From positions 1-50,929 of the forward strand of contig JANNXQ010000274.1 of the NCBI GenBank assembly GCA_031409655.1: a stretch of 50,929 nt of DNA, read 5' to 3'. Under the pieces are notes generated by a model, which did no database searches, was not told where the DNA came from, and saw only the letters and a program-made list of their open reading frames with translations. Source of the stretch: Chthoniobacteraceae bacterium. GTDB taxonomy: Bacteria; Verrucomicrobiota; Verrucomicrobiia; Chthoniobacterales; Chthoniobacteraceae. The position numbers were made by a program, and so were the translations under genes. Positions 27,801 through 35,821 of this stretch are shown here, piece by piece. Each line of letters starts with the position of its first letter. Position 1 is the first letter of the stretch.

Positions 27801-28296
27801 TCGTATTAGCCGCGGGTTCGGACGCGGAGAGCGCCGCGGCATCACTGACCAGATGGGTGACGATGATTTGCCCACCCGTCGTCGTGATGTCGTAGTCCGG
27901 GATAGGATCCGGCGCCGCGGTGACGACGAAAACAAAACGCCATGCCTGAGACTGGCCAAAGTTACTCGCCACAAAGATATAGGTGCCCGCGTAAAGTGGC
28001 AGCGTGTTCGATCCCAGCAAGGCCGCACCCGTCACCTGAATCTGGGCGATCTTTCGTCCGGGCTGAACCACGACTTTGAACGCATCCTTGCTGTCGTAGA
28101 ACTGCGAATTGACGTAGCCCGAAAAATCATTGTTGCCGACGTCGAGCACGTAGGATGGCCCATCGGCATCGGAGGGGAAGTCGGGCGGCTCGGCGACGTT
28201 GAGCGCGCGGGCGTTACTCGAAAAGATGGCGATCAGGCAAACCGAGAAGAAAACGCGCACACTCAGCGATAAGAAATGTGCCTTCGACAAACGCAT
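24835..28296 (-). CDS. Large secreted beta-helix/choice-of-anchor Q protein with verrucomicrobial C-terminal domain
   Basis: Signal peptide, GGAIxN repeats, LAPLDDYGGPTKTRALLPGSP...DQRG...DIGAYE, then DFDGDGVTNLNE. Confidence 0.8.
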   Translation of the reverse strand: MRLSKAHFLSLSVRVFFSVCLIAIFSSNARALNVAEPPDFPSDADGPSYVLDVGNNDFSGYVNSQFYDSKDAFKVVVQPGRKIAQIQVTGAALLGSNTLPLYAGTYIFVASNFGQSQAWRFVFVVTAAPDPIPDYDITTTGGQIIVTHLVSDAAALSASEPAANTIRFAAPGRTFSIDGAPPVPGDSGPLSLGGITSVLLRERTGSQTIDFGDFSRSSMPSLTITGGTADNTVNFNGNVTLAPNRHLEVDLQRRTYIPGANSMHVSAGARVVTSGTGKVTIRCARNVSFAPGAWLGTASGEMIIETNENSPFPVGDYVGVLIDGATIDTGSFRGTIFGFGGTAATGSQTGVMVKSGGAIVGTQVFVEGRGGEGSGGQGNRGVSVVGAGSRIAASGYVSVTGYGGGVETGSANSGVAVLDGGVIGGPTNLAPIYVDGWNGAGTAGNHSIEVAGPGSAITSASDSVYLNTFLRWHGGFSVSLSDGALISCSGGLGKAEFYVYSLSIDATSAIAANTVWLLPRVSFTDLGGPDVWNTLGLSSAELDRITTEDLLVGGAQITISAPFEHANIGDLSLGDRIVAATPGVDVTLGAGRTVQLYGLACPISGPVAHTDFPVLKVNGQVDLAHTRLLLDGTTYAGSEGQTFTLIENDGTDPIVGSFDNSGGFILIPEGGSVPWPGSPLFNARISYRGGDGNDVVITLVSALKVTSASPYDVGSLPNALAYAATHPGPDVIVFDPDVSGQTIPFAFFTIADPDAVTIDASNLAARPILDGENYPILNVPSGAAVTVRGVNFTRGNYAVWNLGTLTADRCTFTMNSGDEGGAIYNEGTVTLTSCVLTDNVARWGGAIHNRGTLRLTDCSMSGNYVYYYGSAIDNAGSLELTNCALFDNTGEAISTYGSASLTRCTLSGNLDGAIGNGGPLTLTHCTIAGNYRQWPQSDVTSSNSIIVDIRWSLVELFSGRSNRQESLVNPVFSGIDPQLAPLDDYGGPTKTRALLPGSPLRNAATTSTVTNDQRGFPMVGLPDIGAYEAGTFTNYANFIWETLPNAATAPQHASTFDFDGDGVTNLNEWLALTNPTDITSYLRVTQFTRTSPNVTVTFPSVVGRSYTFESSPDLVTWTPIAGAPVPGTGGNLVIQLGPFPGATKLFIKVRTGP

Positions 28297-28355
28297 GGAT
28301 TCAGAATTTCTGACTTATACTTTCCCTCACCGTCGGTGACGAGCACTTCGTTTCC

Positions 28356-31300
28356 TCACGGTAGCAAGCCGATGCGCAGGCGGTAAAAGGCTTTGCCCTG
28401 GCCGGCGATGCCGGGGTCGCGGAATTCGATGGAGAAGAGGCTGGGGACGTGCGTCACGCCGATCCCGTAGTCATGGATGACGCTGGTGCGCAGGTTCACG
28501 TCGCCGATGGTGACCCAGGGGCCGACGCCGGGGAGGCTGCGTTGCAGTTCGTAGAGCAGGTCGGTGGCGGTGGTGCGCACTAGGAAGGTGAAGCGCGCTT
28601 CGCTGCCATCGGGCACGCGGACGAAGGTCGTGCCGGTGCTGCCGCCGGGGACGGCGCCGTCGGTGAAGGTGGCGTACTCGAGGACGTTCGGGCGGCCGTC
28701 GCCGTCGAAGTCGAAGGTGGGCGCGTGTTGCGGTGCGGTGGCGGCGGCGGGGAGCGTTTCCCAGATGAAGGCGTTGAAGTTCGTGAAGGTCCCGGTTTCA
28801 TACGCGCCGATGTCGTGTGCAGGCGCGACGATCGGGAAACCGCGCTGGTCGCTCGTCTCGCTGCCGCCGGGGGCGGTGTTGCGGGCGGGGCTACCGGGGC
28901 GCAGGGCCACGGTTTGCGTGGGGCCGCCGTAGTCGCCGAGAGGGGCGAGCTGCGGAGTCGCATGGTTCACCAGATTCTGGCCGAGCGCGGTAAAGCCGGG
29001 AGTAATGTTGGGCACGCCGGGGGTATTGGCATCGGTATTGCCGCTGATGATGCTGTCCCGTACGGTTACGTTGGTCGGGAGGGTGCTGCGGACGCCGCCG
29101 CCGCCGGGACCGCCGGTGTTAGTCACGGCATTCCCGGTGATGGTGCAATGGATGAGCGTAAGTGCGCGGTTATTCGCATTGATGGCTCCACTTTCAAAGC
29201 CTCCGATGTTATTCGCGAACGTGCTGGAGATGATGATCAGCGGCTGGGTGCTTTCGTGCTGGATGGCTCCAGTGCCGCCGGCGCTGTTGCCGGAGAAGGT
29301 GCAGCGCTCGATGGCGAGCACGCCGGGGCTTTGATTGAAGAGGGCTCCCGCCACGTTTCCGGAAGTATTGCCGCTGAGCGTACACTCCCAGAGGCTCAGC
29401 TCCCCCTGGGTGTGGATCGCTCCGCCGTAGTTCGCCGGGGTGCCGCCGCCGCCGCCGTTGCCGCCGGTCATCTTCAGCCGCAGGAAGGTGGCGATCCCGG
29501 TGCTCTCGATGCGGAAGAGGCGGTTGGTGCCGGGACCGCCGTCGATGCCGACGCCAGTGGGGAGGTTACTGGCATCGATGGTCACGCCCCCGGCATCGCT
29601 GATAACGATCTCACCCGCACTGAGCGTGATGACATCCGCGGCCTCGCCATTGAAGACCGCGGGATCGAAGAGGATCGTGCTCGGGCCACCCTGAGCCAGG
29701 GCCGTAGCCACCGCAGCCCGCAGGGAGCCCGCGACGTTATCTGCCGCCGTAGTCACGAGGAGTGGCGGGAACGTCCCATCCACGAACAGTCGATCGAAGA
29801 GGATGTTCTCACCCACGATGTTGGTGAAGGCGCGGATGCGGACGGTGAGCGTGTTGGCCGAGGGGAGATTGAAGGTGAACGTCTGCAACGCCGCCGTGAG
29901 CAGCGTGCCATTGCCGAGGTTCGTGCCGTCCGCGGGTGTCGTGTCCTGGCGCATGGAGCCTTGGGCGGCCGCGTCGGAGTAAAAGGCGAGCACGTTTTGA
30001 AAAGGGCCACCATCCGCGCTGACTTCGACGCGGAGAAAGTCGGGCGTCCCTACGCCATCATAGACTGCACCGCCACCCGCCGCGACCCGCAGCGTGCCCG
30101 TGAGATTCAGCATTCCGGCGGCGTTGAGGTTGAAGGTCACGAGTTCCGTGAAGTCGGAATTGTCGTCCACGTTTTCCACACCGAAGGCAAACGTGCCATC
30201 GAGCCCGGACACCGCACCGGGAGCCACGCGGGCAAACATCGAAGGCGGCAGCGAGAACCCACCCTCCACCGAGTAACGCGTGCCGCGCCCATCCGTCTCG
30301 AAGCTCTCCACAAACGGGATTGCCTGGGTCACGATGTTATCCACCACGTTGATGTCGCGAATCGGGGCGTTGCTGGAGTTCGTGCCGTCGCTCGCGAGGA
30401 AAGCCACCCGGCGCACCGAGGTGGATGGGTTGACGAGATTCGTGTTCCGATAAGTAACGCTGCGGAGCACCGCCTGATAAGTCGCCACCGATGCCGTGCG
30501 AGTGATGGTAAGCGTCCCGGTGGCGGCGGTATAGACGATGTCGCCTGCGAGAATGGCCCCCGAGGGAGTCGCCGCGAGCACGTCTTCCGACGAAACCAAC
30601 GCCTGCGAAATCACCACGGACGCCGAGGTAAGATTCGCGCTGTCCGAGTCCGTGACGGTGATTGCCGGGGCGATGGCTGTCGCCGCGCTGCCTTCGCTAA
30701 AGACAAGGTTACCCGCCGGCACACCGGCAAGCACCGGCGGATTAGTCGCGGGACTTTCGCCGAAGATGCGGAGGTTATCGAAGACGATCAGTTCGCCGGT
30801 GGCGTCGGTCTCCAGCGTGATGCGGATCGCGACGGTGTTGCCCGTCGGGATGGAGTAGATGCCTTCACGCAACGTGGCATCCAGAACCGTGGGGTTCGTC
30901 GGGATGGGATTCGCATCGTTGCCGACGTTGTTGCCATCGGCGTCGTAGGAAAGCTGCTGCCCTCCGACGTCCACGAGCGTGGGCGAAAACTGCACGACGC
31001 GCTGGAAGGGACCGCCATCGATGCTGGCCTCCACCTTGAGCTTGTTGATGAAGAGCGGGGCGTTACTGAAGTTCTCGTATTCGCCGAGCGTGACGGTTGT
31101 GCCATCGCTCCTCCCCGGAGCCGCCATGAGCAGGCGCACCTGGGTATTGATCTTACCGGCGATGTTGACCGCATTGCTCGTGAGCGAGACTTCCTGCGGC
31201 CCGACCACCGCCGGAAGCGTGCGCGGCGTATCGCAGTCCTCCGCGGCGAAAATGCTGGCTCCATCCGCGCCGGGCAGGGTGCGGAGTCCGCTGATCTTCG

Positions 31301-31496
31301 TCCCGTTATTCGGGAGGATGGAGAAGAAGTCCGATTGCGGGTTGAACGCCGTCTCAATGAACTGCGCCACCGAAGTCGTGAACCCGATGGCACCCGGCGT
31401 TCCCTCGAAAGATTCGCGCGCGATCTCCGTCGGCGCGGCATGGGCTCCAGCGAGGAAGGCGAGGAGCGCGAAGGAGAAGACGTGCGAGGATTTCAT
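28356..31496 (-). CDS. Large secreted protein: duplicated ESFE domain, cadherin/Ig-like domain, choice-of-anchor Q and C-terminal domain
   Basis: Signal peptide MKSSHVFS...AHA, two ESFE...DGGPFQ...FD repeats, YQAVLRSVTY, GGPTQT...DQRG...DIGAYE. Confidence 0.8.
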   Translation of the reverse strand: MKSSHVFSFALLAFLAGAHAAPTEIARESFEGTPGAIGFTTSVAQFIETAFNPQSDFFSILPNNGTKISGLRTLPGADGASIFAAEDCDTPRTLPAVVGPQEVSLTSNAVNIAGKINTQVRLLMAAPGRSDGTTVTLGEYENFSNAPLFINKLKVEASIDGGPFQRVVQFSPTLVDVGGQQLSYDADGNNVGNDANPIPTNPTVLDATLREGIYSIPTGNTVAIRITLETDATGELIVFDNLRIFGESPATNPPVLAGVPAGNLVFSEGSAATAIAPAITVTDSDSANLTSASVVISQALVSSEDVLAATPSGAILAGDIVYTAATGTLTITRTASVATYQAVLRSVTYRNTNLVNPSTSVRRVAFLASDGTNSSNAPIRDINVVDNIVTQAIPFVESFETDGRGTRYSVEGGFSLPPSMFARVAPGAVSGLDGTFAFGVENVDDNSDFTELVTFNLNAAGMLNLTGTLRVAAGGGAVYDGVGTPDFLRVEVSADGGPFQNVLAFYSDAAAQGSMRQDTTPADGTNLGNGTLLTAALQTFTFNLPSANTLTVRIRAFTNIVGENILFDRLFVDGTFPPLLVTTAADNVAGSLRAAVATALAQGGPSTILFDPAVFNGEAADVITLSAGEIVISDAGGVTIDASNLPTGVGIDGGPGTNRLFRIESTGIATFLRLKMTGGNGGGGGTPANYGGAIHTQGELSLWECTLSGNTSGNVAGALFNQSPGVLAIERCTFSGNSAGGTGAIQHESTQPLIIISSTFANNIGGFESGAINANNRALTLIHCTITGNAVTNTGGPGGGGVRSTLPTNVTVRDSIISGNTDANTPGVPNITPGFTALGQNLVNHATPQLAPLGDYGGPTQTVALRPGSPARNTAPGGSETSDQRGFPIVAPAHDIGAYETGTFTNFNAFIWETLPAAATAPQHAPTFDFDGDGRPNVLEYATFTDGAVPGGSTGTTFVRVPDGSEARFTFLVRTTATDLLYELQRSLPGVGPWVTIGDVNLRTSVIHDYGIGVTHVPSLFSIEFRDPGIAGQGKAFYRLRIGLLP

Positions 31497-31674
31497 GGAT
31501 GGGCGCGAGGGGCAGCGCACTGATCCATGCATCCGAGCGACTGCCCCAAGACCGACCCGGAGCGCCAAAGGACGAGGGCAGCGAGTTGCTGGTTTTTGTG
31601 GAGAATGCCGACGGCTCCCCGGAAAGGCGAGGCAATTCCCCGGCGTCACACGGCCCTGGACACGGCGGACCGTG

Positions 31675-31756
31675 TCCCGCCTGCCGCCTACTCCAGCCGC
31701 GTGCTGAAGTACTCGATCGTCTTCCGAATCCCTTCGTCGAAATCCACCTTCGGCTC
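31675..31756. repeat. Direct repeat, copy B: intact 3' end and stop of the UDP-glucuronate decarboxylase gene
   Basis: Partner of 24739-24820 at an offset of 6936 bp. Confidence 0.92.
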
Positions 31757-32644
31757 CCAGCCCAGCACCGCCCGCGCCCGCGTGATGTCCGGCTGCCGCA
31801 CCTTCGGATCATCCACCGGCAGCGGCTTGTATTCGATCTGCGACTTCGTCCCCGTGATCCTTTGAATTTGCTCCGCGAATTCCTTGATCGTCATCTCCCG
31901 CGGGTTCCCGATGTTCACCGGCTCGTGAAAGTCCGACTGCGAGAGCTTGTAGATGCCGTCGATGAGATCCGAGCAGTAGCAAAAGGAACGCGTCTGCGAG
32001 CCATCGCCAAAGATCGTCAGCGGCTGTCCCGTGAGCGCCTGGCCGATGAAGGCCGGCACCACGCGCCCATCCCGGAGCCGCATCCGCGGACCATACGTAT
32101 TGAAAATGCGGACGATGTGCGCGTTCACCTTGTGAAAGCGGTAGTAGGCCATCGTCATCGCCTCCGCGAACCGCTTCGCCTCATCGTACACGCCGCGTGG
32201 CCCGATCGGGTTCACATTGCCCCAGTAATCTTCCTTCTGCGGATGCACCAGCGGATCGCCATAGCACTCGCTCGTCGAAGCGATCAGGTAGCCCGCGCCT
32301 TTGGCCTTCGCCAAGCCCAGCGTATTGTGCGTCCCGAGCGCGCCCACTTTCAAAGTCGGGATCGGATGCTCCAGATAGTCGATTGGCGAAGCCGGCGACG
32401 CGAAGTGAAAGACAAAGTCCACGTCATCCGGCAGGAAGATGTAATTGGAAACGTCCGCCTTGATGAAGCGGTAGCGCTCATTCCCCGCGAGATGCTCGAT
32501 ATTGGCGACGTTACCGGTGATGAAATTGTCGAGCCCGATCACCCGATGCCCTTCCAAGAGGAGACGATCCGTGAGATGCGAGCCGAGAAATCCGGCGCCG
32601 CCGGTGACCACGGTGATGGGCGAGGAAGACGAGCGTTTGAACAT
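31688..32644 (-). CDS. UDP-glucuronate decarboxylase (UDP-xylose synthase)-type SDR
   Basis: [48 protein letters not shown] and [10 protein letters not shown] motifs. Confidence 0.93.
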   Translation of the reverse strand: MFKRSSSSPITVVTGGAGFLGSHLTDRLLLEGHRVIGLDNFITGNVANIEHLAGNERYRFIKADVSNYIFLPDDVDFVFHFASPASPIDYLEHPIPTLKVGALGTHNTLGLAKAKGAGYLIASTSECYGDPLVHPQKEDYWGNVNPIGPRGVYDEAKRFAEAMTMAYYRFHKVNAHIVRIFNTYGPRMRLRDGRVVPAFIGQALTGQPLTIFGDGSQTRSFCYCSDLIDGIYKLSQSDFHEPVNIGNPREMTIKEFAEQIQRITGTKSQIEYKPLPVDDPKVRQPDITRARAVLGWEPKVDFDEGIRKTIEYFSTRLE

Positions 32645-32768
32645 AGGCGGAGGTCTATATGCAGCCCGCGTGCCGCCGCCAAGCCCGGTGTGCAGCTCGC
32701 GGAGCCAGCATCGCAGGCCACCGCTCCCGTGGCTGGCGCAGGGGGGCGCCCCGCGAAGGGGGACAACT

Positions 32769-32879
32769 CCAAACTTCAAACGCAGAGCCCGCCGCGCTCC
32801 CCGCCCGCTTCTCTCAGTGTCGCGAGCGCCCTCCGCCGTTTGGCGTTTAACGTTTAAGGTTTGAAGTTTGGCGTTTTCC
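32769..32879. repeat. Inverted repeat built from heptamer tandem units (GTTTNNN x6)
   Basis: gtttggc gtttaac gtttaag gtttgaa gtttggc gttttcc at 32838-32879; ccaaacttcaaac (32769-32781) is the exact reverse complement of 32859-32871. Confidence 0.8.
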
Positions 32880-34071
32880 CCGTTCGACCCCGCCCGCCTT
32901 CCCCCGCCCGATCCCCGTCCTGCCCCCGCCGATACTCCCCCGGCGTCTGCCCCCGCGCTTCCTTATACGCCGCCTGCAAGTAGTGACTGTGCGCAAAACC
33001 CGTCTGCGCCGCGATCGTCTCGATCGTCAGATCCGTCTCCCGAAGCAGCCGCTCCACCGCCCGGAACCGGACCCGCACGATCTCCTCCTTCGGCGAACGC
33101 TGCAGCGCCGCTTTCATCCGCCGATCCAGCGTGCTCCGCGACGCATTCAACCGCCGGCACAGCTCATCCACATTCAGCCCCGTGCTCGCCCCTTCGCGGA
33201 TCAGACGCGCGGCGCGCGCCACCAGCGGGTCATGGATCACATATTCATCCGAAGAACTCCGCACCACGATCCCCCGCGGCGGCACCAGCACCTCCCGCGG
33301 TCGCAGCCGCTTTCCCTGCATCAGCTTGTCCAGCATCGCGGCGGCGGCGTAGCCCACCGCATCGCCATCGAAGCGCACACTCGTCAGCGGCGGCGTCGCA
33401 AAGGAGCACAGCGTCTCCTCATTCTCCGCGCCGACGACCGCCACCTCCTCCGGCACCGCCACGCCCAGGCGCTGACACGCCTCCAGCAGCCGCACCCCGA
33501 GCTGATCATTCGCCGCAAAGATCCCCACCGGCTTCGGCAGCTCCCCCAGCCACGCCATCAGCCGCGCCTGACTTTTCTCCCAATCCGCCGCCCGGTCCGA
33601 CCCCGTCTCCGGCAGCAGCGCACAGCGCTCCCCATAGCCCTCCACCGTCGTGGCGAAATTCCGCACCCGCTCCACAAAGAAATGCTCCGTGTGCAGACTG
33701 TAAGCCGCAAAATGCCGATAGCCCCGCTCCTGAAAATGCTCCGCCACCATCCGCCCGATGAACCGATTATCCATCCCCACCGCCGGCCGATCCCCGCCAA
33801 ACTTCGTCGCCCGCAACTCCACCGCCGGCAGCCCCGTCGCCGCGATCAGATCCGACATCTCCTGGGTGAAAGTGCGCGTCAGGATCCCGTCCCCATCCCA
33901 CCCGCGCAGCCACGCTGGCGGCGAAGACTCCAGCGCCCGCAGTTCCAGGAAAGTGGACCACGCCCCATGCTCCGCGAGATACCGCCGCACCCCGCCGAGC
34001 AATTCCCGGGTATAAGTGCGCGTCGTCTCGATGAGCAGCGCCACGCGGGGGATGCGACGTCGGGTGGGCAT
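32854..34071 (-). CDS. XylR-family regulator (periplasmic-binding-like domain plus AraC HTH)
   Basis: [41 protein letters not shown] and a C-terminal IAAQTGF...TPGEYR motif. Confidence 0.92.
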   Translation of the reverse strand: MPTRRRIPRVALLIETTRTYTRELLGGVRRYLAEHGAWSTFLELRALESSPPAWLRGWDGDGILTRTFTQEMSDLIAATGLPAVELRATKFGGDRPAVGMDNRFIGRMVAEHFQERGYRHFAAYSLHTEHFFVERVRNFATTVEGYGERCALLPETGSDRAADWEKSQARLMAWLGELPKPVGIFAANDQLGVRLLEACQRLGVAVPEEVAVVGAENEETLCSFATPPLTSVRFDGDAVGYAAAAMLDKLMQGKRLRPREVLVPPRGIVVRSSSDEYVIHDPLVARAARLIREGASTGLNVDELCRRLNASRSTLDRRMKAALQRSPKEEIVRVRFRAVERLLRETDLTIETIAAQTGFAHSHYLQAAYKEARGQTPGEYRRGQDGDRAGEGGRGRTGKTPNFKP

Positions 34072-34164
34072 AAAATCAGAGAGCAGAGCGCATGACGAGA
34101 AACCTGAGGAGGTTCCACCATATCCACCGATTTCCCCACCGGCAAAGCGAGCAGATATCCCGCG

Positions 34165-34521
34165 CTACTTCTCCACGCCGCACTCGAAGACAAACCACGC
34201 GGGCTTGAGATCGGCGAGGGGCGTGCGGAGTTTCTCCAGCTCCTCCGCCGGGCCGTGGAGTTCCAGGCGGGTGAGATCGGCGATTTTCAGCATCGCGCCG
34301 AGTTGCGCTTCCACATTCGCGAGATGCGCCAGCACCGCCTCGGCATTCGCATAGGCCTCGCGGCAAAAGACCACGTCACCGTCGATCGTGAACTCGTAGT
34401 AGTGACACGCGGCCTCCGTTTTCGTCCGGGCCACAAACTCCGGGAGCAGCGCCTTCGCGGCCGCGAGCTGGCCAGGGTGGACTTTGAAATACGGGTGCAG
34501 GCTGACGGCGGGTGAGTGCAT
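34165..34521 (-). CDS. Antibiotic biosynthesis monooxygenase (ABM)/quinol monooxygenase-like protein
   Basis: About 118 aa, KVHPG, TE..C..Y, REAY.NAEAVLAH pattern. Confidence 0.75.
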   Translation of the reverse strand: MHSPAVSLHPYFKVHPGQLAAAKALLPEFVARTKTEAACHYYEFTIDGDVVFCREAYANAEAVLAHLANVEAQLGAMLKIADLTRLELHGPAEELEKLRTPLADLKPAWFVFECGVEK

Positions 34522-34635
34522 GGGTGGGAATTTGGGATGGCAGAAGGCCAAAGTGGTAGCCGCTGCGATGCGGTGGAGGCCAGCTTTGAAGTGCGCAGTT
34601 TCCGCGGTCGGGCGCGCCGCTCGGGGACAATCCGC

Positions 34636-34663
34636 TTGCCACGCTCACGCGCCGCCCTACGAT
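34636..34663 (+). promoter_or_regulatory. Putative sigma70 promoter upstream of the riboswitch
   Basis: TTGCCA-N16-TACGAT, about 35 nt before the riboswitch closing helix. Confidence 0.5.
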
Positions 34664-34696
34664 CCGCGTTCCAGTTCTTTGCGAGTTATTTAGTCT

Positions 34697-34926
34697 GCGG
34701 ATCAATGGAAGGAATTCCGTGAAAATCGGAAGCAGTTGCGCTGCTGTAACTGGAGACGAGTCCCCATTTTGCCAATCTCCGACAAGCTCGGAGGTGAAGG
34801 CGGAGACAAGGTTGGCGGGCCCCAGGCCTGCCTGAATCCAGGAGCCAGAATACTTCTCCGATCCGCGCTCATTCGTGGCCCCACGCTTGTGGGTGTCCTC
34901 GACAAAACTTCTTCGCAAGAAAGAAG
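34697..34926 (+). ncRNA. Cobalamin (B12) riboswitch
   Basis: Closing helix GCGGATC/GATCCGC (34697/34860), AAGGAA, T-loop hairpin TTCCG-TGAAAAT-CGGAA, AGCAG-TTGCG-CTGCT-GTAA, CTGGA/TCCAG, GCCA...GAAGGC, B12 box GGAGCCAGAATAC; downstream hairpin loop CGCAA is complementary to TTGCG. Confidence 0.92.
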
Positions 34927-35028
34927 AATGAGGGATCAGTCCCGCTCGCCGGAGCGGCTCGCGTGCTTTCGTGCGCGCTGCCTTCCGCGTGTCCTGATCT
35001 CTCTCCACCCATAGAAAGAGATCCGTTC

Positions 35029-35817
35029 ATGAAAATCATTACCGTGCTGCTTCCCGCAGCTCTCCTCGTCGCGCTCACCACTCGAGTCGCGGCGGCCACC
35101 ATCACCTTCGAGGCACCCGCGCTCGGCCTCGCCACGCACGACGAGGATTGGTCGCCCGTCGGCGGCTTCACCAGCGGCGGCGCATTCTTTAATAACACCT
35201 ACGAATCCACCTTCGGCTCCTGGGCTGGCTTTGCGCTTTCGCGCGAGACGGATGTGACGACGGCCGGTTTCGGCAACCAATTCAGCGCCTTCGCCGGCAG
35301 CGGCGCGGCGGGCAGCCTGCAATATGCGGCCGGGTTTGTGAATACCTTCTCGCCCTTCCTCCCCACCATCACCCTGCCGCCCGGCGAGCCGGTGCTGAGC
35401 CTCGCGCTCACGAATACTACTTACGCCGGGCTCTCAATGCGCAACGGGGATTTCTTCGCCAAGAAATTCGGCGGCGTGACGGGCAATGATCCCGACTTCT
35501 TCCGGCTCACCATCACGGGCCGCGACGCGAGTCTCGCGCCGACCGGACAGGTGGATTTCTACCTCGCGGATTTCCGCTTCGCGAACAACGCGCTCGACTA
35601 CATCGTCGATGAGTGGACGACGGTGGACGTGTCTTCTTTCAGCGCGGCGACGGCGACGATTGAGTTCACGCTCAGCTCTTCGGACAATGGGGCCTTTGGC
35701 ATGAATACGCCGGCTTACTTTGCCGTGGATCAGGTGCAGACGGTGCCGGAGCCGGGCACCGCCAGCCTCGCCGCGCTCGGTGCGCTGGTCTTCGCAGGAC
35801 GTCGCCGGAGGGCGTAA
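35029..35817 (+). CDS. DUF4465-like protein with PEP-CTERM sorting signal (putative B12-binding)
   Basis: Signal peptide; W.GFA.S, NTTY..LSM.NGD.FAKKFGG, FYLADFR, W..VD.S, SSDNG.FGMNTPAYFA.D; ends VPEPG-TM-RRRR. Confidence 0.85.
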   Translation: MKIITVLLPAALLVALTTRVAAATITFEAPALGLATHDEDWSPVGGFTSGGAFFNNTYESTFGSWAGFALSRETDVTTAGFGNQFSAFAGSGAAGSLQYAAGFVNTFSPFLPTITLPPGEPVLSLALTNTTYAGLSMRNGDFFAKKFGGVTGNDPDFFRLTITGRDASLAPTGQVDFYLADFRFANNALDYIVDEWTTVDVSSFSAATATIEFTLSSSDNGAFGMNTPAYFAVDQVQTVPEPGTASLAALGALVFAGRRRRA

Positions 35818-35821
35818 ACAT

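Noticed and set aside
28297..28355. Two short palindromes (TCAGAATTTCTGA, TCACCGTCGGTGA) between the large genes
   Set aside because: Too short to assign as operators or a terminator without comparative data
24835..31496. Possible diversity-generating retroelement (repeat pairs plus an aromatic-rich surface protein)
   Set aside because: No reverse transcriptase, and mismatches between repeat copies are not confined to adenines
1995..31523. Long antisense or alternate-frame ORFs (e.g. 1995-3131, 5184-6674, 17364-18812, 28725-31523)
   Set aside because: Shadows of well-supported genes in high-GC DNA with no recognisable motifs
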